DNA of 64,000 bases. Origin: a virus (Duplodnaviria > Caudoviricetes). Made by a program: the position numbers and the translations under genes. The notes under the pieces are model-generated. The model made no database searches. It was not told where the DNA came from and saw only the letters and a list, made by a program, of their open reading frames with translations. Each line of letters opens with the position of its first letter. Position 1 is the first letter of the stretch. The DNA is taken from positions 6,023-70,022 of IMG/VR virus record IMGVR_UViG_3300033067_000910. One strand, written 5' to 3'. Below are positions 1-9,095 of the stretch, in pieces.

Positions 1-1
1 G

Positions 2-352
2 ACTGAGAACAGTCACGTGATCTACAGCGTGTTCGAGCTCAACAAAGAGCCGCCGCTGGAGTACCGCGACGGCATGGCCCAGAAGGACTTCGAGAAATTC
101 TACAGCTATGATCCCAAGAAGCCGCAGGGCGACAAGTGGATCTGGCATGACAAGACCCCCTTCCCGTGGTCCAAGGTGGTCCAGTCCATTCCCCCCGGCT
201 CTCGGCCAGCGTCAGCCGGGGGGCTTATCTCCGCTGCTGAGCGTGTGGCGCAACGCCTGCGTCTGAAAGGCGAGCGGATTAATCGCCCAGCCCCCAACGC
301 CAAGGCTATGAAGAACAGCCTTGAGGACGCTATTCGGAGGATCTTCGGATGA
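2..352 (+). CDS. hypothetical protein, probably 5'-truncated by the window edge
   Basis: Frame is open from base 2; stop overlaps the next start (ATGA at 349-352). Confidence 0.6.
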   Translation, partial: TENSHVIYSVFELNKEPPLEYRDGMAQKDFEKFYSYDPKKPQGDKWIWHDKTPFPWSKVVQSIPPGSRPASAGGLISAAERVAQRLRLKGERINRPAPNAKAMKNSLEDAIRRIFG

Positions 353-633
353 CACGTTACATCTTTGAAGTCATCGTCGACACCGACCAGCCTGTTGAGA
401 ATGTCCAGTATCAGCTGGTGCGTGCGCTAGAGGACAGGGGCCAGCTGATGGATGATGCGGCCACCTTCAAAACAGAGGAGAAGCAATCTATCCGTGACGG
501 CTGGCGTGCGTGGCGCGACATGTTCTGGAACGCGACTATCTGCCGGATTGAGAAATCCAATCCGCCGGTCAGCCGTGTCATGCTGGTGCGTGGCACTTCC
601 TCATCCCGTATCACTGGAGGTAGAGAGGTATGA
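349..633 (+). CDS. hypothetical protein
   Basis: 94-aa ORF coupled by 4-nt overlaps on both sides; upstream GGAGG. Confidence 0.7.
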   Translation: MTRYIFEVIVDTDQPVENVQYQLVRALEDRGQLMDDAATFKTEEKQSIRDGWRAWRDMFWNATICRIEKSNPPVSRVMLVRGTSSSRITGGREV

Positions 634-977
634 ACCCGGAACTCAAGGCCAAGTGGATTGCTGCGCTCCGCTCTGGTGACTATCGGCAAGGACGCGGCAT
701 GCTCAAGTCTGTGTACCGCGAGGATACCTACTGCTGCCTCGGCGTATTGTGCGACGTCAGTGGTATGGGTCGCTGGGTCCACAAGGATGACGATGGTCTC
801 AAGTCAACATACTATGAGTATCACAGTCATTGCAGTGGTGGTCGTCTGCCGTGGGGCATGGGCTCCGACATTGGCCTACCGGCTGAGTCTCAGGAACTGC
901 TTATCAGTATGAACGATACTGACGAGCATCAGAAATCTTTCGACGAGATCGCCGACTACATTGAGAAGAACCTATGA
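630..977 (+). CDS. conserved phage hypothetical protein
   Basis: Motifs KWIAALRSGDYRQG, YCCLGVLCD and SFDEIADYIE are typical of a widespread phage family. Confidence 0.8.
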   Translation: MNPELKAKWIAALRSGDYRQGRGMLKSVYREDTYCCLGVLCDVSGMGRWVHKDDDGLKSTYYEYHSHCSGGRLPWGMGSDIGLPAESQELLISMNDTDEHQKSFDEIADYIEKNL

Positions 978-1486
978 TCTGGCATCACTACTCCATTGGC
1001 GAAGTCCGCCATATCGACCTCAGGAACAAGGGTCAAGCCCGTGACGCCAATTGCAAGCCTGATGGCTTCTGGATCACACCACCCAATCAAGATGACAATT
1101 GGGAAGCGTGGTGCGTGGGTGAGGGCTGGCGCTGTGGTCACCTGACCCATGTTCACGAGGTAGAAATCGATGAGACCACGCTGCTGTGTCTAGGCTCCGC
1201 AGAATCGTTGGATTGGTTTACCGCGAAATACGGTAATGGTCCGCGGTGGAACACCTATATCAAATGGAAAGAAGTAGCTTTGGAGTATAAGGGGATACTG
1301 ATTACTCCCTATATCTGGGATCGTAGGCTGCATGATGGTAGCTTCTGGTACTACGGATGGGACTGTGCCAGCGGGTGTGTCTGGGATGTGAGCGCAATCA
1401 AGGACGTGAGGCTTATCGATGTCAGAGAAGAGACCGAGATACTACGTCGATACGATTCTGATGGAGAGGATGTGCAAGCTGCGTGA
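974..1486 (+). CDS. conserved phage protein, possible ADP-ribosyltransferase-like fold
   Basis: WHHYS...KPDGFWIT...WEAWC...WYYGWDCASGCVWD; coupled ATGA start. The fold call is inference. Confidence 0.65.
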   Translation: MIWHHYSIGEVRHIDLRNKGQARDANCKPDGFWITPPNQDDNWEAWCVGEGWRCGHLTHVHEVEIDETTLLCLGSAESLDWFTAKYGNGPRWNTYIKWKEVALEYKGILITPYIWDRRLHDGSFWYYGWDCASGCVWDVSAIKDVRLIDVREETEILRRYDSDGEDVQAA

Positions 1487-1652
1487 AAAAGGCTGGGCCT
1501 TTCAACGCATAGCTGACGAACTCAGCATTCCGTTGGGTACTGTCTCCTATTCCATATATCGGGCCTATCGGACGGGCCAGTGGAGACCCAACAATCCCAG
1601 ACTCATTCCCCGTGAAAGGCCCGGCTATGTCCGTAGATCCGTACACCCATAG
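1461..1652 (+). CDS. helix-turn-helix DNA-binding protein
   Basis: GWAFQRIADELSIPLGTVSYSI HTH signature. Confidence 0.65.
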   Translation: MERMCKLREKGWAFQRIADELSIPLGTVSYSIYRAYRTGQWRPNNPRLIPRERPGYVRRSVHP

Positions 1653-1932
1653 TGGTGAAGTCCGCACGGACATCTATTGCCACGAATGCACCAAGGATTT
1701 CGTGGCACTTCTCGACTATGACATCGAGGGCAACCACGAGATCATATGTCCACACTGCGGGCATACTCATTTCCGTGTCATCAAAGGTGGCAAGGTAACA
1801 GAGGACCGGCACAACAGTTCGATCGGTGGACCCAACACGAAGCCGCGTCGTGTCTGGAAGCATACCGTGCTGAAGGCACAGACGAACTCGGCCAGTTGGT
1901 TCATCCGTGAGCGCTGGCTGGATAAGCTATGA
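1627..1932 (+). CDS. zinc-ribbon protein
   Basis: CHEC and CPHCGH pairs. Confidence 0.7.
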   Translation: MSVDPYTHSGEVRTDIYCHECTKDFVALLDYDIEGNHEIICPHCGHTHFRVIKGGKVTEDRHNSSIGGPNTKPRRVWKHTVLKAQTNSASWFIRERWLDKL

Positions 1933-2510
1933 GCAGCACTCTCATACCCTTTATCATGAACCAAACCACGAGCAGCACTACGAACACGTTCATACTCAAT
2001 AACGCGACTAGCACTACGAATGTCGTCAATCCTCACAGCATGACGTATTGGTCTAACCAGTACGATGATGCCAAGGACTATGAGTTGATACGGTTGCGGC
2101 AGCACATCCGCGACCTTGAGAATCAGCTGCGTGCGCGTCGCAACAAGTACCTGAACGCTAGCGACATGCTGGAAGAGTTCATGACTTGGTGCGCGGAGGA
2201 TCCACGACTAACTAAGCGAGAGTTCGCTCAGTTACCCATACACCTGTTCATCCAGTGGCTGATCGTACGTGCAGCCGAGAATGACAATGAGCCAATACAG
2301 GAGGAGAAAAGAGCGCTGGAACTGGCGAAGAAGCCAGTCCAACGCTGCGGTCACTGTGGGCGCTACACGGCCCTAGGCATGCCCTACTGTGATAGTGCCC
2401 ACGCGATTGCAGCAAGGCACCGCCAGCGGTCGCGAACAGCCCCGCAGGTAGCAGGTACCGGGCAGCACAGTCTGACCACCCACGGGCCTGCCAGCGGGGC
2501 TATACCATGA
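1929..2510 (+). CDS. hypothetical protein with C-terminal Cys/His cluster
   Basis: 193-aa ORF, ATGA-coupled; CGHC...C..H near the C-terminus. Confidence 0.65.
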   Translation: MSSTLIPFIMNQTTSSTTNTFILNNATSTTNVVNPHSMTYWSNQYDDAKDYELIRLRQHIRDLENQLRARRNKYLNASDMLEEFMTWCAEDPRLTKREFAQLPIHLFIQWLIVRAAENDNEPIQEEKRALELAKKPVQRCGHCGRYTALGMPYCDSAHAIAARHRQRSRTAPQVAGTGQHSLTTHGPASGAIP

Positions 2511-2860
2511 CGAGCACTTGCACCTATTGTGGCTCTCGCGCCTTCACTAAAGATCATACACGACCTCGGTCGTTTGATTGGGTGCAGAAACGCAAGAGAA
2601 CAACAGCAGGAGGTGTACCTTCTTGTGTAGATTGCAATATGATCCTTGGCTCGCGCATCTTTCCAACTATCGATGCACGCAAGGAGTACGTAATCCGTCG
2701 ATTAGAACAGAGATATAAAGCTCTAGGACGGGCCAACTGGACACAAGAAGAGTTGGAAGAACTAGAACCCTCGCTGCGGGCGACAGTACAGGCAGCAATG
2801 AATGCGGCTGAAATCCTTCAGGCGCGTATCACCTTTGGAAAGAATAGGAGATACGGATGA
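2507..2860 (+). CDS. HNH-family endonuclease (zinc-binding type)
   Basis: CTYCG...KDHTRP...SCVDCN motif. Confidence 0.7.
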   Translation: MTSTCTYCGSRAFTKDHTRPRSFDWVQKRKRTTAGGVPSCVDCNMILGSRIFPTIDARKEYVIRRLEQRYKALGRANWTQEELEELEPSLRATVQAAMNAAEILQARITFGKNRRYG

Positions 2861-3117
2861 ACATCATAAATGGCCAAATCTTCTACATGGTAGTCGTAGT
2901 CGATGACATCGACCAAGTCGCAAGAGATGGAGAGTCTCTCAACAACTATGAGCTCTCAGTGTTCCAGGCACGTGACGAAGCCATGCTATATATCCGCGAT
3001 GGCGATAAGCAGATGACTGATGTCTTTGTCATGTTCGAGTGCAGGGCTGTGCTAAAAGCTCACTCCAAGCTAGAAGTAATACCCATTAAAAAGAGCTTGC
3101 CAGACGACGATGAATAA
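2857..3117 (+). CDS. hypothetical protein
   Basis: 86-aa ORF with SD AGGAG, followed by a terminator. Confidence 0.7.
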   Translation: MNIINGQIFYMVVVVDDIDQVARDGESLNNYELSVFQARDEAMLYIRDGDKQMTDVFVMFECRAVLKAHSKLEVIPIKKSLPDDDE

Positions 3118-3161
3118 AGGCGTACTAAGCATGCCCTCCTTGGGGCGTTTCCTCCCAGACT

Positions 3162-3190
3162 GGCCGGGCCTCGTGCCCGGCCTTTTTCTT
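3162..3190 (+). terminator. rho-independent terminator
   Basis: GGCCGGGC-ctcgt-GCCCGGCC followed by TTTTTCTT. Confidence 0.8.
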
Positions 3191-3201
3191 ACGAGGTTAG
3201 C

Positions 3202-3369
3202 ATGACACCCTATGATCCTGACGATCACGAGATACCTGTCCGGTTTCCGGGGGTGGTTGTGGTCATGGTCATCGCATGGATTATTGCCGCTATCATAATC
3301 CTAGCAGCAGGTTCTCGATTTGCGTCCAGTTCCATGGCGTATCAAACTTTAACAGCTGAGGATGAATAA
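3202..3369 (+). CDS. small membrane protein (not in ORF track)
   Basis: 55 aa MTPYDPDD...VVVVMVIAWIIAAIIILAAG with SD GAGG; overlaps the 3' end of the resolvase gene convergently. Confidence 0.35.
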   Translation: MTPYDPDDHEIPVRFPGVVVVMVIAWIIAAIIILAAGSRFASSSMAYQTLTAEDE

Positions 3370-3709
3370 GTTTGAGACCTTTTTCTTGAAGGTCCTTGGC
3401 CAGCTTGCCGGGGGCGATCCACAGTTCATCAACAGGGTCGCCCTTGCGTGGTCCGCCTGCATGCTTCCTCCGCGTGGCGATCCACGTCCTCCCCCCGGCC
3501 CTGTGACGCTTGAGGTGCCACGCCACCTGTTCAGGCCGCAGGTCACAGAGCCAGCCGTCTGTGACTTTGAATTCTATCCAGCCTTCGATACCCTTGTAGC
3601 AATAGTTTGAGTCTGGTATGCCCCTACCAGTCCCCCCGGTCTCTATCGCCTGGAAATGGAAGTGAGGCAACTTCGTGTGAAACAGTTTACGGAGACCACC
3701 GTCGATCAT
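3293..3709 (-). CDS. PD-(D/E)XK nuclease, Holliday junction resolvase / VRR-NUC-like
   Basis: IETG...GIPD...GWIEFK...LRPEQVAW...AGG motif; SD AGGAG. Confidence 0.8.
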   Translation of the reverse strand: MIDGGLRKLFHTKLPHFHFQAIETGGTGRGIPDSNYCYKGIEGWIEFKVTDGWLCDLRPEQVAWHLKRHRAGGRTWIATRRKHAGGPRKGDPVDELWIAPGKLAKDLQEKGLKLIHPQLLKFDTPWNWTQIENLLLGL

Positions 3710-4160
3710 GTATGAACGTCTCCTAAAGTCAGTCAGCTATGTTGGGGATTGCTGGGTCAGTAATCTGAGCAAGGTTGGGATAGGATATGCCAAACTGGAG
3801 GTGAAAGGCAAGACCGTTCGTGCACACCGCGTGATGTACGAATGTACCAAGGGTCCGATTCCGCCGGGTATGGTCGTTCGACATACCTGTGACAATCCAG
3901 CCTGTATTAATCCTGACCATCTTATTATCGGTACTCACAAAGACAATTCACAGGACATGGTCAAGCGTGGGCGGCAAACGATTACCCGCTATGCGGCCTC
4001 ACTGACTGAGGAACAGGTCCGTGATATCAAGCGTAATCCCCAGATGTCAGCTAAAGCTCTAGCCGCCAAGCATGGTGTGACGCAGTGGGCTATTTTCCGT
4101 ATCCGTCGTGGGGATACGTGGGGTCATATCATCCCCATACCCCTTGCGGATCGTAGCTGA
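3708..4160 (+). CDS. HNH homing endonuclease with C-terminal HTH
   Basis: CW...GYA...RAHRVMY...VVRHTCDNPACINPDHL...DN; C-terminal LAAKHGVTQWAI. Confidence 0.85.
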   Translation: MYERLLKSVSYVGDCWVSNLSKVGIGYAKLEVKGKTVRAHRVMYECTKGPIPPGMVVRHTCDNPACINPDHLIIGTHKDNSQDMVKRGRQTITRYAASLTEEQVRDIKRNPQMSAKALAAKHGVTQWAIFRIRRGDTWGHIIPIPLADRS

Positions 4161-4171
4161 ACACTGCCACC
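4159..4171 (+). promoter_or_regulatory. 13-bp motif GAACACTGCCACC, copy 1
   Basis: Identical to the reverse complement of 62469-62481; sits at the HNH stop/intergenic gap about 30 nt before a start codon. Confidence 0.5.
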
Positions 4172-4199
4172 ATAGCCAAGGTAAGGCATGGAGGTAACG

Positions 4200-4415
4200 A
4201 TGTTCATAACCTACACCGTGTCAGTGAGTACTGCCAAGTGGCTTGTGCGGCTCTTGGACGCCGCCCATGTCGAGGGCTACGTTGATCGGTACGAAACCGT
4301 GCCGGATGGTCCCAACGGCGAGGGCATCGAGTTCCGCGTGTACGGCATCCAGAATCACTATGGTGATCTCTTGGTGGCCTGCGCCCGTGAGCTTGCCCGC
4401 AAGGAACGTGCGTGA
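4200..4415 (+). CDS. hypothetical protein
   Basis: SD GGAGGT precedes ATG 4200; GTGA-coupled to the next gene. Confidence 0.65.
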   Translation: MFITYTVSVSTAKWLVRLLDAAHVEGYVDRYETVPDGPNGEGIEFRVYGIQNHYGDLLVACARELARKERA

Positions 4416-4633
4416 TGGTCATCACAACCCGCGAGCAGCGCAAGACACTGTTCAAGATCTATGGGAGGTGCCCTATCTATGCCACGAAAGAAGACGCGCG
4501 CGTCGGCCACCAAATGTCGTACCGCGAATGGCGCAAGCAAGTCCAACCGACTTTCGGTTGTGACGGGGCCGTTGCCGTCGCATGGGCAGGCATGTGGGTC
4601 TGCGTGGAGCGAGACGGATACGCTCACACTTGA
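4412..4633 (+). CDS. conserved phage hypothetical protein
   Basis: 73 aa; TREQRKTLFKIY...AWAGMWVCVERDGYAHT. Confidence 0.7.
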   Translation: MMVITTREQRKTLFKIYGRCPIYATKEDARVGHQMSYREWRKQVQPTFGCDGAVAVAWAGMWVCVERDGYAHT

Positions 4634-4647
4634 AAGGGAGCTACGCT

Positions 4648-4878
4648 ATGAGTACTGGAGAATCCAAGACCCACCCTCACCGGAGTGACCTCCACGACCC
4701 GCAGTATGTGGGTGATGGGGTCTACGCATGGTGGGATGGCTGGCAGGTCTGGCTCTGTGTGGGCCACCACGCCAACGACCCCGTCGTGGCGCTCGAGCCG
4801 AGCGTCATGCACAGTATCCTCCGCTATGGACAGGAGCGCAGCCGTGCCGATCGAGCTGAATCACAAGACGCTGAGTGA
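4648..4878 (+). CDS. conserved phage hypothetical protein
   Basis: YVGDGVY..WDGWQVWL...VALEPSV motif; SD GGGAG. Confidence 0.7.
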   Translation: MSTGESKTHPHRSDLHDPQYVGDGVYAWWDGWQVWLCVGHHANDPVVALEPSVMHSILRYGQERSRADRAESQDAE

Positions 4879-5077
4879 GGCCATCAACTTCCACGAGACG
4901 TGGTTTGAGTACCACATCAACATGGGTCACCTCGCCGTGCGGAATATCTCGGTCATCACGCCCTCCGCCGAAAAGGAGTTCACCCGTGCAGCTATGCACG
5001 CCAATATCCTGCGTGAGCTTCGGTTTCAACAGGCTGTCAGCTATCAAGACCATGCTGACAAACTCATGGGAGCATAA
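4844..5077 (+). CDS. hypothetical protein
   Basis: GTG start after AGGAG, within track ORF 4685-5077. Confidence 0.5.
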   Translation: MPIELNHKTLSEAINFHETWFEYHINMGHLAVRNISVITPSAEKEFTRAAMHANILRELRFQQAVSYQDHADKLMGA

Positions 5078-5078
5078 C

Positions 5079-5488
5079 ATGGGACTCGACATGTACCTGC
5101 GCGGTGAGCGCTTCTACCGCTATCAGAAGAACCCCAAGGACGACAAAGGTCGTCCGATTGTCGAGGAGATTATCGACCTCGGCTATGGCGCGAGCATCCC
5201 AACCTCCACGGCTACATCGTCAAAACTTTTGCCGAAGGTGTCGACGAGTGCCAGAAAATCCACATGGACCGGGACAACCTGATGACACTCAGGCAGGCGG
5301 TCCTCGACAACGATTTACCTGAGACCACGGGGTTTTTCTTTGGTCGCAGCTATCAGCCGGGGGAGGAAGGCTTTGATGAGGAGAAAACGCGGGACCTCAC
5401 AATTATCGAGGGCGCAATTGCGTTCCTTGATGAAGCCGATACCGACGATGCAGCCTACCGCTCCGTCTACTACCAGTCCAGTTGGTAA
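5079..5488 (+). pseudogene. conserved phage protein split by a 1-nt frameshift near 5185
   Basis: MGLDMYL...DLG in one frame continues as WREHPNLHGYIV...ETTGFFFG...YQSSW in the -1 frame. Confidence 0.7.
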
Positions 5489-5606
5489 CGATATCGAACT
5501 CTACAATCACTGGTGCGAAGAAGACTTTATGTCTCGATGTTCTGGTGATTGGGAGTGGGTCGCATTCGCAGCCCGTAAGGTGAACCAATACAGACCGTGG
5601 TAAAAA

Positions 5607-5631
5607 GAGGGGAGCCGTAGGGCTCCCCTTT
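5607..5631. terminator. probable bidirectional terminator between convergent operons
   Basis: AGGGGAGCC-gtag-GGCTCCCCT flanked by an A-run (left) and T-run (right). Confidence 0.75.
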
Positions 5632-5785
5632 AAGTTTGACCATTGGCTTCAACTGAACGGCGGGCAACCCGCCAAGTGATGGGGTCCCTAGTATGAAGTT
5701 ATTGACCTCTGCTATGGTCGGCAGTAGGTCATCTTGACGCCCATGCGCCAAGCCCGTAGCGGCCCCTACAACGGCCGCGAATTGT

Positions 5786-6499
5786 TTAGGCTACCTGCGG
5801 CCCGCCCACCCCGTTCACGGCCGCTGGCGGCGCCCCGCTGCCATTCCTAGCGGCCTGGAAAACCACTTGGCTAACCAGCTTGGGGCTCACGCCATAGATT
5901 TGCGCTATGGAAGCAGGTTTCAGACCGGAGCGATGCAGCGCCAGAATGTTCTCGTTGCGCTCCATCACCGCTGCATTCGGCTTGCGGCCCGGCTTCTGCC
6001 TTGGTATCACCCCCGTGCGCTTGAGATAGCTGCCCAAGTAAATCTTGCTGATCTCAAACTTTTTAGCAAGAGCACCAATATCGGTCTCGCCCTCTTTGTA
6101 AGCCTTGACGGCAAGGTCAATCTTAGGGATGCGGATAGGCTTGGGCTCTGGCTCTGGCTTAATGACCTTGGCCAGCATCTTTTCACGACGCTTGGCCAAA
6201 GCCTCCTCACTGAGCTTAAAGCTCCGCACCTTGGGCTGAGCTACCTCTTCTTCCGGTGTCTCATTCCTGACATGTGCTCCAATACGTTGCACCACATCCG
6301 GGCTGAGATCACCGCCAAAGACCATGCGGTAGTTTCCCATGATAACCTGTGCCTGAGCCAGACCACGCTGGCTCTCAGGATACTGTTTCATCATCAAACG
6401 CAGTACACCGTCAAACCTATCAAGGAGGAAGTGGGCTTGCTTCTCCACCTCCTCCTTACAGATGTCTGCGATGATCTCACGTAGCTGGTTCGGTGTCAT
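5786..6499 (-). CDS. multi-HTH transcriptional regulator-like protein
   Basis: IGALAKKFEISKIYLGSYL and LKPASIAQIYGVSPKLVSQV HTH-like segments. Confidence 0.6.
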   Translation of the reverse strand: MTPNQLREIIADICKEEVEKQAHFLLDRFDGVLRLMMKQYPESQRGLAQAQVIMGNYRMVFGGDLSPDVVQRIGAHVRNETPEEEVAQPKVRSFKLSEEALAKRREKMLAKVIKPEPEPKPIRIPKIDLAVKAYKEGETDIGALAKKFEISKIYLGSYLKRTGVIPRQKPGRKPNAAVMERNENILALHRSGLKPASIAQIYGVSPKLVSQVVFQAARNGSGAPPAAVNGVGGPQVA

Positions 6500-6542
6500 A
6501 GAACCCCCTCATACAACCACCAGCCTAGCCAACATCGCAATA

Positions 6543-7004
6543 TCAGGACAAGTGTGACCAAATCCGCCGAGCCTTAATCGCTTGCACTGTATTTTTCACG
6601 ATACCGTAATCCTCAGCAATCAAACGATACACTCGTCTATCGTCTCGAATAGCCAGCACGTCCTCCGCAGTCAGCTTACTTCCCCTCCCCCGGCTATCCG
6701 CTCTCCGACCGCGCTTTATGCAATCGGCCACATTCTCTTTCTGTGTTCCGATGGTCAGATGCTGAGGATTACAGCAGGCAGTCACGTCACAACGATGCCG
6801 CACGACGAGGTCCGGGGAGACAGGACCGTGACAGGCGATATACATAGCTCGGTGAACACGTACCTTGGGTCCTTCGACTCTAACCTGTCCATATCCGTCT
6901 GCTACATCAGCACCGAGCCAGAGCCAACAACCTGTGTTCGGCTCAGGAATACAGTTAGCGAGAATGCGGTCATGCAGCTTTGAGTCGTGCAGCGGCTTGT
7001 TCAT
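6543..7004 (-). CDS. HNH homing endonuclease with C-terminal HTH
   Basis: PEPNTGCWLW...RVHR...VVRHRCDVTACCNPQHL...EN; overlaps the polymerase 3' end. Confidence 0.85.
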   Translation of the reverse strand: MNKPLHDSKLHDRILANCIPEPNTGCWLWLGADVADGYGQVRVEGPKVRVHRAMYIACHGPVSPDLVVRHRCDVTACCNPQHLTIGTQKENVADCIKRGRRADSRGRGSKLTAEDVLAIRDDRRVYRLIAEDYGIVKNTVQAIKARRIWSHLS

Positions 7005-8913
7005 AGCTGTTCTGCCCTTTCTTCATGCTATCGCCCCATGTAATGCCGACTTCAGCATCCACCACGGTTGGAACACGGAGGGGCACCGTGTTCTCCATGA
7101 TATCTACAATCTGTGTGACTTGTGCCTTGCTCTGAACACTAAAGTCTAACTCGTCGTGCATCTGGAGTCGTGGCATGAGACCCTGCCGCCAGCACTCGCG
7201 CATGACCAGCTTGGTCTGACGGGCGGCGGACCCCTGTATAAGTCTGTTCATACCTTTGTGTGCAAAAGCTCGACGGAGAGTGCCCTGCCATCCTTCAACA
7301 CCATTTTCCTGAAGCCTTAAAGCCTCAGTATACGGTCGAGGGCTTTGCTTGCCAACTTGCCAAAGATTCCAACGACAGCGAGCGCCATCAAGAAGTACAA
7401 CAAATCCCCTAGCTTCGGCACGTCGCATACAGAAGTTAGAAAGCTCCTGGATGAAGGGCATACGCTCGTTATACTGAGCCAGTATTCCACGAGCTTCATC
7501 AATAGAAATACCCAGACTAAACGCCAGCTTGTCCACACCCATACCATAGGCCAACCCCAGATTGATAATTTTGGCTTGTGAGCGGGGAAGACCTGTAAGG
7601 TCTGCGACCCACTGATGGAAGTCTGTGCGCGGGTTCGTATTGTAGGCTTGCACGGCCTCCGCTGCTCCACGCAAGCCAGCGATATCGGCAAAGTGCACAG
7701 TCAGTCTCGGTTCCTGGGCGCTAAAATCTCCGGCCATCCACAAGTCGCCGTGTTCTGGTAGAAAGATGCCACGGATGAGAGGAGCAAGGTCCTCGTCGCG
7801 GGCGGGCATTTGCTGGAGCGGAGGATTGCTGTAGCTAAATCTGTAAGAACGAGTTCCCGAATCGTCTGATCTAAGCTGATGGATTTCGGCGTGGATCCGA
7901 CCACGGTGAGAATTATCCAAGATGTAAGTTCCGATGAACTTTTCTCGCAGATCAGTAAGCTGTCGCCACTGAGCAATGGCACGCGGTATGGGATGGCTGG
8001 ATTTAGCCAATTCTTTAGAAAGGAACTGTCCTTGCTGGGTTTTCTTGGTTCTACCGTAGGGGATGCACAGTGAATCGAAAAGTACCTCGAGGTACTTGGC
8101 GCTCCTAAAATCATCTCCACTTTTTGGCGCTCCCTGAGGCGGGGCTTGGTGCCGTACCAAGGCAAACAGGTCTTCAGTGCGTTGCCTGAGTTGTTCTTGC
8201 ACTTGGATCGCAGCACGGTCGTCTATGAGTAAGCCCTGTTTACGCATAGCAATCGTACACGGAATAAGCTCGACTTCAAGATCGTATGCTTTTTGAACAT
8301 GCTGAAACTCCTCCTCTTTGAGTAAATCATGGTAGAGGAGTAGTGTAGACTTTGTATCCTGCTCAGCGTATGGACCGACAAAACGAGCTGGAAGCTTCCA
8401 CATTTCGTTTTTCGGATCGAGACCGAAAGCCAGCGCCGCTTCACGTAGAAGGCGCTCGTCTTTACACGGTAGCCCACGGCTCTTGCAGAGATTATCAAGT
8501 GAGTATGAGAGCCTATTTTCATCGAGCATCACCGCCATGGCGTGCGTATCCGCAATCGGATACGCATTGGGGTCCATATTCCACGTAGTCAGCCAGCCTA
8601 GGTCGTAAGGCGCGTTATGGAAGACAACGACCTTAGCTCCGAGCATGACTTCGTGGAGCCATGGGCCAACGCGTCCTGGATCCATATTACGAGTATCAGG
8701 ATGAGCGATAGGTAGATACACACTCCTGTCAAGCCAAGCAACAGCGACCCCAAGAATATATCCTCCTGACCACGCCCATCCGGCCCCCATCTCTTTGGCA
8801 AGTCCATCATCTTTGGTCTCCAAGTCCACAGAGATTTCGATACCGGCGGGAATAGAAGGTAGCCCGTCAGGCTCTTTCCAGTCAGTTTTAGGAGGAAACA
8901 GTGTCATTTGCAT
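6970..8913 (-). CDS. polA: DNA polymerase I (family A), Leu762 type
   Basis: 3'-5' exo DLET and FHNAPYD; motif A DFSAQE; motif B RSQAKIINLGLAYG; motif C HDEL. Confidence 0.95.
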   Translation of the reverse strand: MQMTLFPPKTDWKEPDGLPSIPAGIEISVDLETKDDGLAKEMGAGWAWSGGYILGVAVAWLDRSVYLPIAHPDTRNMDPGRVGPWLHEVMLGAKVVVFHNAPYDLGWLTTWNMDPNAYPIADTHAMAVMLDENRLSYSLDNLCKSRGLPCKDERLLREAALAFGLDPKNEMWKLPARFVGPYAEQDTKSTLLLYHDLLKEEEFQHVQKAYDLEVELIPCTIAMRKQGLLIDDRAAIQVQEQLRQRTEDLFALVRHQAPPQGAPKSGDDFRSAKYLEVLFDSLCIPYGRTKKTQQGQFLSKELAKSSHPIPRAIAQWRQLTDLREKFIGTYILDNSHRGRIHAEIHQLRSDDSGTRSYRFSYSNPPLQQMPARDEDLAPLIRGIFLPEHGDLWMAGDFSAQEPRLTVHFADIAGLRGAAEAVQAYNTNPRTDFHQWVADLTGLPRSQAKIINLGLAYGMGVDKLAFSLGISIDEARGILAQYNERMPFIQELSNFCMRRAEARGFVVLLDGARCRWNLWQVGKQSPRPYTEALRLQENGVEGWQGTLRRAFAHKGMNRLIQGSAARQTKLVMRECWRQGLMPRLQMHDELDFSVQSKAQVTQIVDIMENTVPLRVPTVVDAEVGITWGDSMKKGQNSYEQAAARLKAA

Positions 8914-9070
8914 CGCGGCCCCATATCACTCTGTATTGAATGCGGAGAGTATCGCGTGGAATTAGGTTACAGGGTTTCTGCAAGAACTTGGGCTTACCGC
9001 CGATAAAACACCACCTGTCGATTGTGACATAGGCAGTGCTGTGCCAGACGATAAGCCCATTCTCATCCAT
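8888..9070 (-). CDS. small hypothetical protein
   Basis: Fills the gap between dcd and polA; start uncertain. Confidence 0.35.
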   Translation of the reverse strand: MDENGLIVWHSTAYVTIDRWCFIGGKPKFLQKPCNLIPRDTLRIQYRVIWGRDANDTVSS

Positions 9071-9095
9071 ATCGGCAAGAATCCAGTGCTGACCG

